A DNA stretch of 57,717 bases, filler included, from Bipalium vagum (lineage: Eukaryota), in the NCBI GenBank assembly GCA_037834085.1. It is 3 parts of 3 records of this genome, joined end to end, with 100 filler letters (N's around TTAATTAATTAA, not from the genome) between each part and the next. Parts side by side here need not be neighbours in the genome. Positions count along the whole stretch, not along the records: positions 1 to 19,116 come from JBBMKC010009964.1; positions 19,217 to 38,603 come from JBBMKC010004072.1; 1 more part is not named here. The stretch is one strand, 5' to 3'. The position numbers and the translations under genes are program-made. The notes beneath the pieces were generated by a model that worked only from the letters and a program-made list of their open reading frames with translations, was not told the DNA's origin and did not search any database. Shown one piece after another: positions 11,881 to 25,000 of the stretch. Positions within the stretch are counted from its first letter, which is position 1. Every line of letters starts with the position of its first letter.

Positions 11881-13248
11881 TGTGATATATAAGCTTGTGA
11901 ATTTGAAAATATCGTTAAAATATATAACAGTGATAATAATAATAATAATCTTAGTATTACTTTTACAAACTTTTTTAAAAATATTTCTTTAATTTTTTCT
12001 TTCCGACTTATTTAATTCTTTATAATCCATTATATTTAAAATATAATCTTCGAAACTTTTTCCAAACTATAAATCAAAATATAGACATTATCATTTTTTT
12101 ATTTTAGTATAATTTTTAAACTTCCATTTCCAATTCCTCTCAGAAATCTCTTACTTTTCTTCAGTCGTCCTTTGAGCTTCTTTGACTTTTCGAACTTCAG
12201 GATGAACAGTTCACTCACTCCTTATACAGAACACTAACCTGTAAATATTGCTATTAAACACGAGATAATTGGGATAATCTTTCAATCCTTTTCATCATCT
12301 TTTAATCTGATTCTTGTTTTGCTATAGTATTTTGTTATGGTAGTATAAATCTCCACAGCTCATCTATAAATCGAAGACCAATTTAAAGTCTACTTAAAAG
12401 GATACAGTCAGAAAAAAGATATCATTTATTTTACTTTTTATCCATTAAAAAGCCATAAAATGTTTCTGAACTGCCAGTGAGAATAGTAGAAATAATTACA
12501 GCATCACTAAATCGAATGGTACTAATCAAGTGTCTCGGTGGTCATTATTGAGGCTGTCTATTTCAAAAGTGTCCTTTTGAAAATTGTTATGATATTTGAC
12601 TGCACTATTTATACACCATTGCAAAGGCGACATCGAGGTCGTTAGACAGATAGCATTTTTCACAGTCCCATGTCTATAGAGATTGCCATTAGCAGACTTG
12701 ATGAACCAATATGTAAGACTGTGCTTTTAATTTAAAATTTAAGGTTTAATTAACGTTTCAATTAAATTTCCCGGAAAACCTTTTTGTCCCTGGAATTACA
12801 GTCACAGACGTGTAACTGAAAAAATTGAAATTATATTTCAATTTAAGTAATATTTCATAAAATAATGTCAATTTTTCATTTTTGTTTAAATTTAATAAAA
12901 AAATTGGTCTGAAAATTCTGTGAATGATAATTTAGAATAGAAAAATTGTCTAAAAAATCACATCCACGTTTTTCATATTTATTATAATGTTTTTAAATAT
13001 GTTATTGTGTCAAGAATTTGCGGTCTCATGTTGAATATATTTAACGGTATTACATTTTTAAAATCGGATACTTACTTTATACCCTCCCATGAGTATTCAT
13101 TGATTTACTTTCAAAGATATTAAACCTTTTTATAAAAAATTAGTATTAAAGATAAAGTAGTATATTTGGAATTTTTTTTATTATATTTTTTTAAAATTAT
13201 TATTATATCAAAGTGACTTCTGAATTTTTGACTTGATATTTTCTTCAG

Positions 13249-13332
13249 CATTCTGATGATGTCCAACAAAGGTCTTATAATGAGCCAAAACCAGCTGAAC
13301 AACCTGAATATCACAATGACAGATTTGATAAG
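13249..13332 (+). CDS. AIP3/Bud6-domain protein, internal exon
   Basis: TTCTTCAG / GTTATA boundaries; ILMMSNKGLIMSQNQLNNLNITMTDLI(R), phase 2 to 2, consistent with both neighbours. Confidence 0.8.
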
Positions 13333-13402
13333 GTTATATATTTTTTAAAGAATTTCTTATATTTACTGTTAAACATATATCACCCAAATTCCTTTTTTCT
13401 AG

Positions 13403-13547
13403 AAAACAATCCTTAATTAAAGCTCAACGTAAAATAGCGACCTTGCCTGAAGAAGCACTAGAATCTGTAATTGCACTCAAAGAGGAATTACATCGCGATT
13501 TGCTGGCTTTAACTCCTGATTTGGAAAAGCGGCAGTCGGCTTGTGAG
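13403..13547 (+). CDS. AIP3/Bud6-domain protein, internal exon
   Basis: TTTTTCTAG / GTAAAT boundaries; KQSLIKAQRKIATLPEEALESVIALKEELHRDLLALTPDLEKRQSACE. ALTPDLEKR resembles the AIP3 C-terminal 'LxPDHxxR' motif; phase 2 to 0. Confidence 0.8.
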
Positions 13548-16174
13548 GTAAATTGAAATTAATGGGATTGTTCTTAATCAGATTTGACACGATATAGTTC
13601 AAATAAGACGATCACTTGTTTTTATTATAATTTATTTATACAGTGAAATATACTACAGTTCAAATAGAGGTACTTAAGATTGGTCAAAAATTGCTTAATT
13701 CATCCTCAATAGAAAATGTTTGAAGATATAATTAACAAAAATAACGACAAACATTATCCTATTTGGAGGAAACATGCATTCCAGTAGTAATAATACTGAA
13801 AAAAGGTCTTGTAGTAAATGCTTTTGAAGTCGGTTGAATTAGAGGAAGTCGGTAAAAAAAAATCAATCATAAAAAAATTAAGTTTGAAACCAAATATTTT
13901 AAATAATATTTTAAATTAGAAATATATAAATAAAAATTAAACCAATTTTTAAAAATATGTAATAATAATCTGCAGTTGTTTTATTATTTATTATTTTAAC
14001 CAAAAGGAGATTATACGAATAATAATGTTTCATCGCCAACTCAAAACATAAAATAATTTTTTATTTTAATTAGAAAACTATTGGTAGAATATTGAAAAAT
14101 TCATTCCACATTTGGATTAACTTAATTAAAATTTCAATTAAATGAGTTTCGTTTGTTTTATTTGACCAACTTTCTCTTTCATATATTATTTCAAATTTTT
14201 TCAAAAGGAAATATTTCCCATTTCTCTGCATATTATAGAAATTATAATGCAAAAGTAATAATTTACCAATTTTATGGTGAAAAATAATAGTTGATTATAT
14301 AAAAATAATAAAATTGCTAATGTTAATGGCTTGGAACTTGAAGAAATTAACCAGGTCTAAGATATTAATTAATATTAATTTTTACTGAAANNNNNNNNNN
14401 NNNNNNNNNNNNNNNNNNNNNNNNNNNNNNNNNNNNNNNNNNNNNNNNNNNNNNNNNNNNNNNNNNNNNNNNNNNNNNNNNNNNNNNNNNNNNNNNNNNN
14501 NNNNNNNNNNNNNNNNNNNNNNNNNNNNNNNNNNNNNNNNNNNNNNNNNNNNNNNNNNNNNNNNNNNNNNNNNNNNNNNNNNNNNNNNNNNTTCTAGTCA
14601 AAGTTTACATTTACAATTAAAATTATGAGAAATAAGTTAAAGAATAGAGTAAAATGAATTACTGAATTAGACAAATTTAATTTCTTTCAAGGTTCCTATT
14701 TTTGAAATTCCGACTTTTAAGTACAGTCCCCAGCTTTGATTAGCCTTCTAGAAATTAGATAATATTGACGGTCGATATTTTTGGAATGAATCCTAAGAAG
14801 TTCTGCTATCCAGTTTTTTCATATAAAATGTTCTTCTTATCTTAATTCTTAGAAATGCAATTTCTAATTATTTTTTTCACATTTCACAACTAAAAGTTAA
14901 TTTAATATAATAAAAAAAATTCAAATAATCAAAATAGACATTGATTATTGTAATGAAGATCGAATTAATAATTTAAAACCATCCGAAAACTTAATATGAC
15001 TTTTTTAATTTAGAAGTCAATGTATAATCGATTTCATTTAGACGGCATCAAATTTATCAAACTTAACTTTTTTGTGCTAATTTCATTTCCTACAGTTTTC
15101 CTTTCACATGATTATTGAACTCAAATTTTCACTGATTTAAATATCATTAAGTTTGTTTTTTTAATATTTTTAAAACAATAATTCTTTTTCTAAATATATT
15201 TTTTAAAATTTAAATTCTAAAAACTTTCTGCTAAAATGTGCAAATGAAATGAACTTAAATTGTTTGACTTGTCCTTATGAAATTTATTTAATTTACATTT
15301 GAAAATAATTTCTTAAAAAATACTTCATAAAAAATACATAAACAAAATCATTAATTTAATTTTTCAAAATGACTGACTTTCATGCTTGAAAGTAATTTAA
15401 GTTATTTCTCCTTTAATTTATGAATATAAAATTTTATCTTTTAGAATTTATATGGAGAACTGGATCAATTTTATTGATTTAATGGAATGTTTATTTTTCT
15501 TTTTAAAACTAAAATTGTATGAATTTCAAATCATTTCATTATATTTGTTTAAATTCGTCAGATTTTTTATTAATGAAATTAAAAAATATAAAATTATTTT
15601 TTAACAAAATCTATTGATTAATAAAATTAAATATCTTTTATTATCCATTATGAGATATAGTCAGGGCAGCATAAACTTTCTCATATATTTTTTATAATTA
15701 TTCAAATCAATTTTCCGGCATCATCTGATTTTTTAAAGAAATGGCCGAGATCATTTCAATATAATGAAACGGAAACCATTCTCATTATCTGAACCAATCT
15801 ATTCAGTTGTCTGAACCAGATACCACAACTGAACCAGACCAATTTTTCATTTCCATTTTTTGTAATATATTCCTTAGATCAATAACTCTTCAAGTTATTT
15901 TATATTAATAAAATCACAATTTTTCTAACCTTCATCACGAGTCAATTCAGATGTTTAGTTTCCTTCCTGTTAATGAATAATGATAAGAGATTAAATCTTT
16001 TTTGAACAATTTATTATTTGATCTTTATCTTTAAATCCATCGAGTTTATAAAATCTTTGTCAAGATCAATTCAAAGTCAGTTTTCATGTATTTCCATTTT
16101 GATGGTTTTATAATTCGAAAATATTATTTTTTTTATTAAATTATTATTGTCATTTTATCATTTTTATTTTTTTA

Positions 16175-16214
16175 ATTATTATTATTATTATTATTATTAT
16201 TATCATTATTATTA
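16175..16214. repeat. (ATT)n microsatellite
   Basis: Direct trinucleotide run. Similar runs at ~18778-18820, ~38550-38603 and ~46383-46433. Confidence 0.9.
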
Positions 16215-16569
16215 GGCAAATAAAATTAATTTTTTATTTATAGATATTATGTAGTATTTAAAATATATTTTAATAAATAAAAATTTAAAATTTTTTGTAA
16301 AATATTGTTTTTAATATAAATATTTGAGTCAGTAAAAAGTATGTTTTAAAGAAAATCATGAAAAAATCAAGATTGATTTTTGTTTGTGTACATTTTAATT
16401 TATTAACTTTAATAAAATTGATGACTTAAAAATATCATTATTTTTATTACTTTAAAATCATGTAAAAAAATATAATAGAAAAAACAGCATTACTCAATGA
16501 TGCTTCGATGTTATTTAGAAAATAATTCATGAGTAATCCAAATGTCGAAATAAAATTTATCTGTTAAAC

Positions 16570-16760
16570 TTATCTAATGTTTCCATATTACGTTTCCAAA
16601 CACCTCAAGCGGGAACTATGAGGTAAAAAATTTTCATCAAAAGAAGATTTGCAGAAGACTGTCACTGATTATCTGAACTACAAATCTCCCCACTTCTTCA
16701 AAAATGCCTTCTCGCAACTTGTTTTCACTGGAATAAATGTGTAGATATTTCTCAAACCTG
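16570..16760 (+). mobile_element. Mariner transposase C-terminal remnant
   Basis: HLKREL*GKKFSSKEDLQKTVTDYLNYKSPHFFKNAFSQLV..WNKCVDIS. Confidence 0.7.
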
Positions 16761-17325
16761 TAAATATTCATTTTTATTAATAGGAAATTGTTTTGTGATC
16801 GTTTCTTATTTTCTACCATAGGCTCATTGCTTATTGGGCACATCATGTAACATTTTGTTAATGGTTGTTCTTTATATATTTACAATTATAATAATACTAC
16901 TTGTTTCATTCATACCCTCAAAAGATAAAGAAAAAATAAATTATTCAAAGAAATGGTCATTGCTAGCCTCATGTTACCCCATGTTTCACCTGGTTTGGGA
17001 ACCTCGTGGTACACCACATCAATTTCAAAACCACATTTCTTTATGGAAGATGCTGCCTGTTAAGAATGTCCTCTAAAAAATCCTTTTATATTATTTTGTG
17101 TTATTTATTTCTTTGAGCATATATGTTTTGTGTTCTTTAAATATGACAAAAGCTTTGTTCAACACATTATATATTTGTTAAATAGGATTTTCGTTGAGTT
17201 TTCATGAAAATCTCAAAAAATGAATGCTATGTGAACATAATATAATATAAAATATTGAAAAACCTGTTACTTGTTTCTTTTCACAGTTCCTAAGATTAAA
17301 ATAAAAAATGATTAATTAATTTCAG

Positions 17326-18384
17326 ATTTTGGAAAATATTCTCTTTGAAAGATTTAATTCCTGCCGATGTATGGAAATCTCAGGAACATTCGAAGAGATT
17401 GTTGATGCAAACTTATCGGGTGTGGATGATGCTACTCCAACGGGAGAAGAATCCCCGACATTTATTAATAGTAATGAAATCTCCTCTATTAATACTGATG
17501 ACGATAGTTTACCTCCTCCACCTTCCATCGATGTTTCTGACGAATCACCTATTCCGATAAACATATCTGATCATATTTCTCATATTGAAATGGTGTCCGA
17601 CTCAATTCCTATGATTGATGAAACTCCATCCAGTGAAAGTTTTGATGATGTTTGCTTTCAGCCAACTTTTATTTTAGTGAAACAAAATGCTTTTCAAAAA
17701 TGGACACAGTCCGATAATATGGACAATAAGGAAGAAGTTATAGTTGAGCCTAAATCCATTCAAAAAACCGGCACAATATTAAAGACAGGAACCAGTCAAT
17801 TTCCAGTAGGATCAAAGTCTTCTCGAACAAATAAAGTAGTCTTTTGTAACACAGTCACAGTGGAAGATGGATCAGAAACGATTCGTCTGAATTGTCCTTC
17901 AGAAGAGAGCGATTGTGAAGAACAGCTCGATACAGGACCTTTTGTTGATGAACAAGGTACTATACGAAAGAATCCTCCACCACCTCCTCCAAGAAGAACA
18001 AGTCAGATTTCCGCAGGAGTTGATACCATAGATGGAGAAATTAATTATGAAAATTTAGAATCGTTTTCATCCGACATGAGACATCACATTTTGCATCACA
18101 ATTTAGTCTGTATTCCTTTAACTGTTAAAACTCCAACTGGTTCTCAAGCTAGTACTAATCATTCCAACGAACATTCTGATAAACGCAGAATTGAGGGATC
18201 TGGTATGAAACAAGGTAAATTAAAATCTCTTCCGTGTCCGTCTGAAAACGATGTCTGGCAAAGACAGACGGAATTTAACACTCCCCCAAGCCGATCTCTT
18301 CTACCTGCAACTAAAACAAACCAGAAACCATCACCAGCAGACAATAGTAAGCCGAAAATTGATAAATCTAGCAAAAAGAAATAG
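17326..18384 (+). CDS. AIP3/Bud6-domain protein, large terminal exon (acidic, disordered, proline-rich)
   Basis: TTTCAG acceptor at 17325, phase 0, continuing SACE|ILENILFERF. 352-codon ORF with RKNPPPPPPRRTS, like the PPPPPRRS motif of SRCIN1/KIAA1217. AATAAA at 18823. Confidence 0.85.
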   Translation: MLENILFERFNSCRCMEISGTFEEIVDANLSGVDDATPTGEESPTFINSNEISSINTDDDSLPPPPSIDVSDESPIPINISDHISHIEMVSDSIPMIDETPSSESFDDVCFQPTFILVKQNAFQKWTQSDNMDNKEEVIVEPKSIQKTGTILKTGTSQFPVGSKSSRTNKVVFCNTVTVEDGSETIRLNCPSEESDCEEQLDTGPFVDEQGTIRKNPPPPPPRRTSQISAGVDTIDGEINYENLESFSSDMRHHILHHNLVCIPLTVKTPTGSQASTNHSNEHSDKRRIEGSGMKQGKLKSLPCPSENDVWQRQTEFNTPPSRSLLPATKTNQKPSPADNSKPKIDKSSKKK

Positions 18385-19042
18385 TCCGTTTTTGATTTTG
18401 TTGTGGAAAAAGAAATTTGACTTGTCTATTTTGGTTAAGTCATCTTACATTTTAGAGAGATATTTTAATCCTCATCATCTGAGTTGTGAACTATTATTTT
18501 TGATGACGAATATATTTTTTTCAAACAAATGCTTTCTTCTCCAGATGATCCGAGAATTTCGACTATTGAATCTTGCGAAAACCTTTTCTCTGTTTAATTA
18601 ATTGAAAATCTGTTGTGGTATCATAACTTTTGATTTTGCATATGATCTGTTGGAAAGATAAAGTTATGAAGACTGTTTTCTGTCAATGAAGTTAGAAAAT
18701 ACTGACTTTTGTAGTTATCGTGTAGTCATTCATATTCCTCCAGTTTTCAACTAAGATTTCATGTAAAAGATATTCTGATTATTATTATTATTATTACTAT
18801 TATGATTATGATTATTATTATGAATAAAATATTTTTAATCTTTTACTGATAAGTTGCCTGGTGGCACAAGCTGAAAATTATTCTATTGTACTGAATGGGA
18901 GAATACAACTATATCACTCACCGCACAACCTTGGACGAAGGGTTTTCTGAGTTCCGTTCTTCAAATGATCTAATTTTCAAGAAATTAGATAAATTTATAA
19001 TTCAACTGTAACCTTCAACAATAAATTGATTTTTTTTATTAT

Positions 19043-19116
19043 TTAACCCTTTCGCTGCTCCACACGTATATATTCGCAAAAAAAACTTGTGTATCATACG
19101 CTCCCGACGAATATTT
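19043..19116. mobile_element. piggyBac-type terminus cut by assembly gap
   Basis: TTAA-CCCTTT start plus subterminal GCTCC..ACG(T/A)ATAT repeats, typical of piggyBac ends. Confidence 0.65.
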
Positions 19117-19259
19117 NNNNNNNNNNNNNNNNNNNNNNNNNNNNNNNNNNNNNNNNNNNNTTAATTAATTAANNNNNNNNNNNNNNNNNNNNNNNNNNNN
19201 NNNNNNNNNNNNNNNNTGTTTGCAAATATATTGTTTGGTGTTGATATTATTTAAGTTTT

Positions 19260-19558
19260 AAAATGCGACAATTTCATCGTGGACAAGCTTTAGTTCTGCA
19301 TAGTTCAAATATAATGAGTGATAAATGGCGAGCATACTCTCAATTGGCGAAGGACATCTATTCATATCTAACGGTGAATCGTAAAATGAATTTTGTGAAC
19401 AGGAAGACCTGTGATCAGACACAAAGAATAGAGTCAATCTGGAGACAGGTAAAAAAAGGTAGTCATTCCACAATCATGTATGAATGGATATGGAGATAAA
19501 ACATTCAAAAGAAGAATCCACAAGTAATTTTGGATTTAATAAATACTTTAGGTTTATA
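19260..19558 (+). mobile_element. Merlin (IS1016/ISXO2-like) transposase remnant
   Basis: SNIMSDKWRAYSQL..YLTVNRKMNFVNRKTCDQTQRIESIWRQVKK matches the Merlin SDxWxAY / TVNH..NFV..TG.HTQ.IESxW motifs. Confidence 0.85.
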
Positions 19559-19599
19559 AATTTTCTCATCTCTTTATTTTGGAAAACTATTAGGATCAT

Positions 19600-20590
19600 C
19601 TTTAAGCAACTTTTGGGTTCGCGATGCTGCCCTTTGTTCTCTGTGCAATAATGCCTTCATCTCCAAATTTCTGAACAATGTTTTTGATGGTCAAAAATTT
19701 TTCCGTATAGTATTTTGCAGCATCGATCCAACTAGCCCATCTTGTGACAATTAGCTTGGATGGTGTTTCAATATATTTAAATATCTCTTCTTTGTTCTGG
19801 TTCTTTGTTAATGCAGCTTTTAGGCTAGAAATCAAAAAATCAGCTTCATTATAATATGATTTTATTCTTAATATATAATTGTGCAGTAAATGTGACACGA
19901 AGTTATATGAATAAGTCGTGGATAGAAAATTTCTAAAGCCTTTCCAGTAGATACCAAAGATAAAAATTTTTCCCTAGTTATGTTTATAATTTGTATGTTG
20001 ATAGCAATGATTTGACATATTATAGAAGTGTTTGGAGACGAATTCATTTATTGGAAATCTATTAAATAAGTTTTTTGTGTATTTTTTATCACTCCAATTA
20101 ATGTGTTAACAAATTTCGATCAATTATTTTCTGTTTTATCAATGATTATACAGCACTTGACTCCATCAATGTATTCAGTACATTTATCAATAATGTCAGA
20201 TGCATTTGATTGGACATGAACTCTTGCATTAGTTTGTAATGGTAAAGGCTTATTAATTTCCTTGAATAAGTCAATGAGACTTTTAAAATTCAATTTATGA
20301 AGAGGAATGTCTGCTTCAAGAAAGACTTTAGTTACCTTATAGCTTCATGAATTTACTCCAGCTGTAATTGGCTTTTATTTATTTATTGATTGATTTTTAT
20401 TTGACTTGAATAGGTGATTTTTATTAACTATTGATGTTTTTTGAGCTTCTATGGGATTCCCAAATGATTATTCTGCCACATCGTGGCACAATCTGTAATA
20501 AAGTTGACTGTTAGAGTTCACATGGAACTCGTTAGGGTAGGTATTAGCAATACGTTTGCTTTGGACACATTTGATTAAGGACACATCTTA
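19600..20590 (-). mobile_element. hAT-related (CGGBP1-like) transposase pseudogene
   Basis: N-terminal YPNEF..LYYRLC BED-like region, VFLEADIPLHKLN, CIIIDKT, then SHLLHNY and LIVTRWASWIDAAKYY, which are hallmarks of this hAT subgroup. Stops and frameshifts; 3' truncated. Confidence 0.8.
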
Positions 20591-20849
20591 ACCATTTAAT
20601 CTATCTATAAGTAAAGATAAATATATTATTAAATAAATTGTTACATTATTTAAATAAATATATGTAGAATTCGGATCATTTTAGAATATAGAAAAATATT
20701 ATTACTAATATTATATTATATTAATATATAATAATATTTATATTAAAAATATAAGAGTAAATATGTTATATAATAAGAGTAAATGATTTACAACCAAGGA
20801 AAGAGTAGCACAACCACATTTAATGATTATCGAGGTAATTACAACATTA

Positions 20850-21300
20850 TGGTTGGTACACTTCCTCGAATATAAAAATATCGTAGTTTCCAATTTTCAT
20901 AAACAAATCCATTTGTATAAAGTTGTCTCCACGAAAATGTGAGATACGCCTCTTATGGGAAACATTTGGTTTATAAGATATATCTTTCAGATGACTTAGG
21001 GAAACAGACATGCCAACATTTTTCCCAGTCATCGATGCCCCTCAGTTGTACAGATCAGTTATTGTTGAAATAATATTTTATAACATTTTTCTGTCTGTCA
21101 GTTACATTTTTTATTTAACAAGTTCATTTCAATATAAGAGCTTTTTTAATTAAAAACACCAAAATTCCAATGTCTCTTCTGGCGAAGGATTTCTCTGCCT
21201 GTCACTGTACTCAACGAGAAATTGGAACTTGTTTTAATTTAATGAAGAAGAAAGTATTCTCAGTTTCATAGAAATAGACTTTTCCTTGTCAAATGATAAT
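20850..21300 (-). mobile_element. hAT (Buster/ZBED-like) transposase remnant
   Basis: LSTVTGREIL ... CTTEGASMTGKNVG resembles the hAT TTGxxIF...CTDGAxxMTGKxxG motif. Confidence 0.55.
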
Positions 21301-21334
21301 TAGAAAGGTTTCAATTTTTATAAAAATATCTATA

Positions 21335-21720
21335 AATAAATAACATGTTTTAAATATAAATAAATAAAATAATAAAATAAAATAAAAGATAAATAATTAA
21401 AATAACAAATTTAATAGAATAAATAAAAAAATGAAAATTAATTAAATAAATAAACAGATAAGTAAATTAAAAAATTAAAAATTCAATGAAATACATAAAT
21501 AAAAATCAATAAAATATATAAATAAATAAAAAAAAATTAAATTAAAAAATTAAAGTTAAATAAAAAAATAAAAAGATAAGTAAATAAAAAGAATAAAAAA
21601 TCAATAAATTTTAAAAAATTAATTTATAAAAAACCAATAAAATAAATAAATAATTTAATAAAAATCATTAAATACATAAATAAATAAAACAATTAATTAA
21701 GAAAATAAATGAATAAAATG
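21335..21720. repeat. A-rich low-complexity tract (AAAT/AAAAT-like)
   Basis: Almost pure A/T with degenerate AATAA repeats. Confidence 0.8.
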
Positions 21721-24699
21721 TAATTTACATAATTTTATTATTAACGTAAATAAAATTAAAGTATTCCTTAACTCTTGCATTTATCTCAATGTATGGAAAT
21801 AATACGCATATTTCATGAAAGTTTGCTAAGTAAGGAAAGCATATTTATCTCTAGGAAGCTGAACATTGAATATAAAGTAGGAAGGCTAATAGGTAAGAGT
21901 ACAAGTAAATAAATAAATCCTCTCGTAGATTAATAATCTGCATTGGTTATTAGAAATACTCTAAAACAACAGGTAAAAGTAATGACTTAAAAGAATCTTT
22001 TTTATGGGGATAAAAGAAATATTATCAATAATTCTCAATGGCATTCGTGTTACTTATGATGATACTTCATAAGGAGATTTACAAAGCTAAACTCAAAATA
22101 TTGATAAATATTCAATTTATTTATTTACGTTTACTTTAATTTTCAAACGAAAAGTAGCTTAGGTTTCATTAATTATTTCTATTTTTAAATAATTACAATT
22201 AATTTTTAAATAATAAAAATGTTAAAATACACTGAACATATTTAAAATTCTTTTTTATATTTAGAGAAATAAAATATTAACAAATAAAAATAAATAATTC
22301 AAAAGTCAATAATTTTAATTATTAATTATTGGAAAATTGAAAAAAAATTAAAAATAAACAAAATTACAATAAGATGATTACAATATCAAAAGAAAGTCAA
22401 CCGAAAAATATTATCATTTAATAAATTTAATTTGTAGAGTTTAAAACACTGAAATAAAATAAGATTCACAAATTATACTTGATATTTCAAGCACAATGTA
22501 GCCAATGTCACTTTACAAATTAAAAATTAGGAAATCTCCACCACATATTTTCGATTAATTGGAGGAAAGGAAATCCTCTGGTACGATATTTGTACGATAT
22601 TTGTCTCAGAGATCCTACAGACAATTCATTACCATAATTAGTACTTGAGCTGTAACATTAAAAGATGTTTCGGAATAGAATGATTAATCGATCTTAGGAT
22701 TTTAAGCAATAATATTTATTTATGAGCAGATAATATGAAAGGGTTTGCCAGGTTATATTATTAAATTCAATAATATAAAATTATTGATGTTTAAATTATA
22801 TAATATTGATAAAAACATCTTTATTATCATTTCTTTTACGAGACTTTTAGAGGTCAATAATTTACATTATTGGTACTGCCATCTACAAAATTTAATAATA
22901 ATAAATAAAATGTAAAAATTTACTTCTTAAAATTATATGGACGCATTATCTCTCTTATTTCATTTTGATCGTTTTCTTCTTCAAAGTCAATTCTTTTTTT
23001 TTAAATTATCGTAATTTGTCGTTAAGTTTTTGTGGAAAGTATTTTATCTGGATTACGATAATTAAAATAACAGTTATTGTTCACATAATGACCGTATTTG
23101 ACCTAATTTATATTATTTTGATTTATTATATTTTTAAGTAAAAAATAAAATTATTTTTATTATATTTACATTATATTATTTTTTATGTAGATAAATTGAT
23201 TTTTTTTATAGATTTTTTATTATTTATAAATTAGTATCTAATTTTAGTAAGTAAACTTTTCTAATTTAATTCTTTTTTAAAACAACATGTATTTTTTTTA
23301 TAATATTAATAATAATTATAAAATAATAAATAATAATGATTTTGTTTTATTTTGTTAATTTTTATTATTTTCATTTTAATTCTAACTTTTATGAGTTTCT
23401 TTGACATGAACCACAATAATAAAAACTGAATTAAACCTAAACTGATCTTTGTTGATTACACCAACCATAAGTGATTGCGTCAGGTTTTGAATTATCCAAT
23501 AATTAACAGTTTTAATTAAATTAAAAAGTAAATAATAAGTTGATTGTTATTTTATAAAATTTACCTTTGTAAACTTTATTATTAAAGTCTGTAATCATTT
23601 CCTGACAACCATAACAAAATTAGAATTGTTTCTTGTACCCTACCGAGAATAAATATTAATTTTAATAATTTGAAGTTGATATTATTGGGATTTTTATCCA
23701 ATAAAAAAATCAAGTTTTCATCAAATGAAAAGACAATATTAAAATAAATTCATAAAATATTACTAATGTTTCTATAACGGATATTTCTTTTATCGAATAA
23801 TTTTTTAATAATTATTTTATTCTTGAAAGACTTACAATGGGGACTGTCATCAGTTAACGATCAATTTCAATTTCAATAATAATAATAATATTATTATACT
23901 GTTATAATATGCATCAGTAATTATCACAGAAATTCTGCTCTTTATAAAAAAGATATTTTAATGTAATAGTTTTGGACACGCAGGTGAAAGCAAGAGGTCT
24001 GAAGTACTGAACGAGAAGAGACAAGAAGAAATAAAATCTCAATTGAAATAAATTAGAAAATCTACAAAGAAAGCTCTTCAGTTTCTTATTTTGATCAATG
24101 GGTTACTAGTGCTATTTCTTTCCTCTATTCCTTCTGTTCTCGTTATTTTTTTTACTAGGAATCCGTACTTAGTTTGATGTAAGCAAAACATTATTTAGCA
24201 TGATCCTCTTTATCATGACACCCTGTCACCGAAATTTGTTCAAAATACATTTTGCTGGAGCACATAGACAGATAAAATCACAAATTATTAGCATTTTTAT
24301 AACAAATACGACAATTCCAATCACTGTCTGTTACCAAAAAGTGGGGATGAATGAAGAAATTTAAAGTGACACTAATTTATAAGGTTTATGCATTGAAAGT
24401 GAAGCTTTTTACAATATTATTTCTTTATTTAATGAAGTAATATAAATATTAAGTAAACATCAAATGAAAAATAATTTGTTTGTCCTTTTATCGATTATTT
24501 TTGAAAAATGCATAAACAATATATATTTAAATAGTTTATTTAAACAAATGAATAAATTTTATTTATTAGAGCTATTCAAAAAAGGCTCACTTTCAATTCA
24601 CATTATTAATATTAATGATTATGAAAATTTTATCTTGTCCTGTTTGACAATAAATAAAATATTTACTTAAAAGTTTTCCTATAAACATTGTACCTTTAA

Positions 24700-25000
24700 A
24701 GTTTTTAGCAAAAATGTGTATGAATTAGCATTTCATAATACGACATTTCTTCTAAGATGACATTTCTTCCAGTTTTTTAAGATTAAAATAAACTAAAAAA
24801 TTTCTTCACCAGTGTGAATAACTAATAAAAATCGTAAATCAATTGAGGATGATCTGCGCAGTGATAGTCCCAAAATTGTGTGAATAATAATATCTATTGA
24901 TGAAATTCTTCCTATAATTAGTGGATAACTTACTGGAGGTTACCTCATACAAAGGGAATCTTGGATGAATGTATACGTCATATCTTGATACATGAATTAG
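24700..25000 (+). mobile_element. Mariner N-terminal remnant
   Basis: NRKSIEDDLRSDSPKIV and IRHILIHELG correspond to the GRxSxEDDxRSGRP / ILHxxLG segments. Confidence 0.55.

Noticed and set aside
12185-12222. Minus-strand GAACT...AGTTCGAAA resembling the hammerhead stem II
   Set aside because: No CTGANGA box and no stem III palindrome; the context reads as decayed coding sequence.
14365-14601. ORFs made of X residues (also 33218-33522)
   Set aside because: Artefacts of translating N gaps.
17322-18601. Antisense and alternative-frame ORFs over the terminal exon (and 35550-35881 over the GPCR)
   Set aside because: Shadow ORFs of a real coding exon with no independent features.
19117-19216. 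TTAATTAATTAA island in the middle of an N run (also 38604-38703)
   Set aside because: 44 N + 12-nt six-frame stop linker + 44 N = 100 bp both times. This is an artificial scaffolding spacer, so true distance and adjacency across it are unknown.
22581-22604. Short tandem duplication GTACGATATTT x2 (also a 20-bp duplication at ~47147-47190)
   Set aside because: Two-copy slippage duplications with no spacers; not a CRISPR or functional array.
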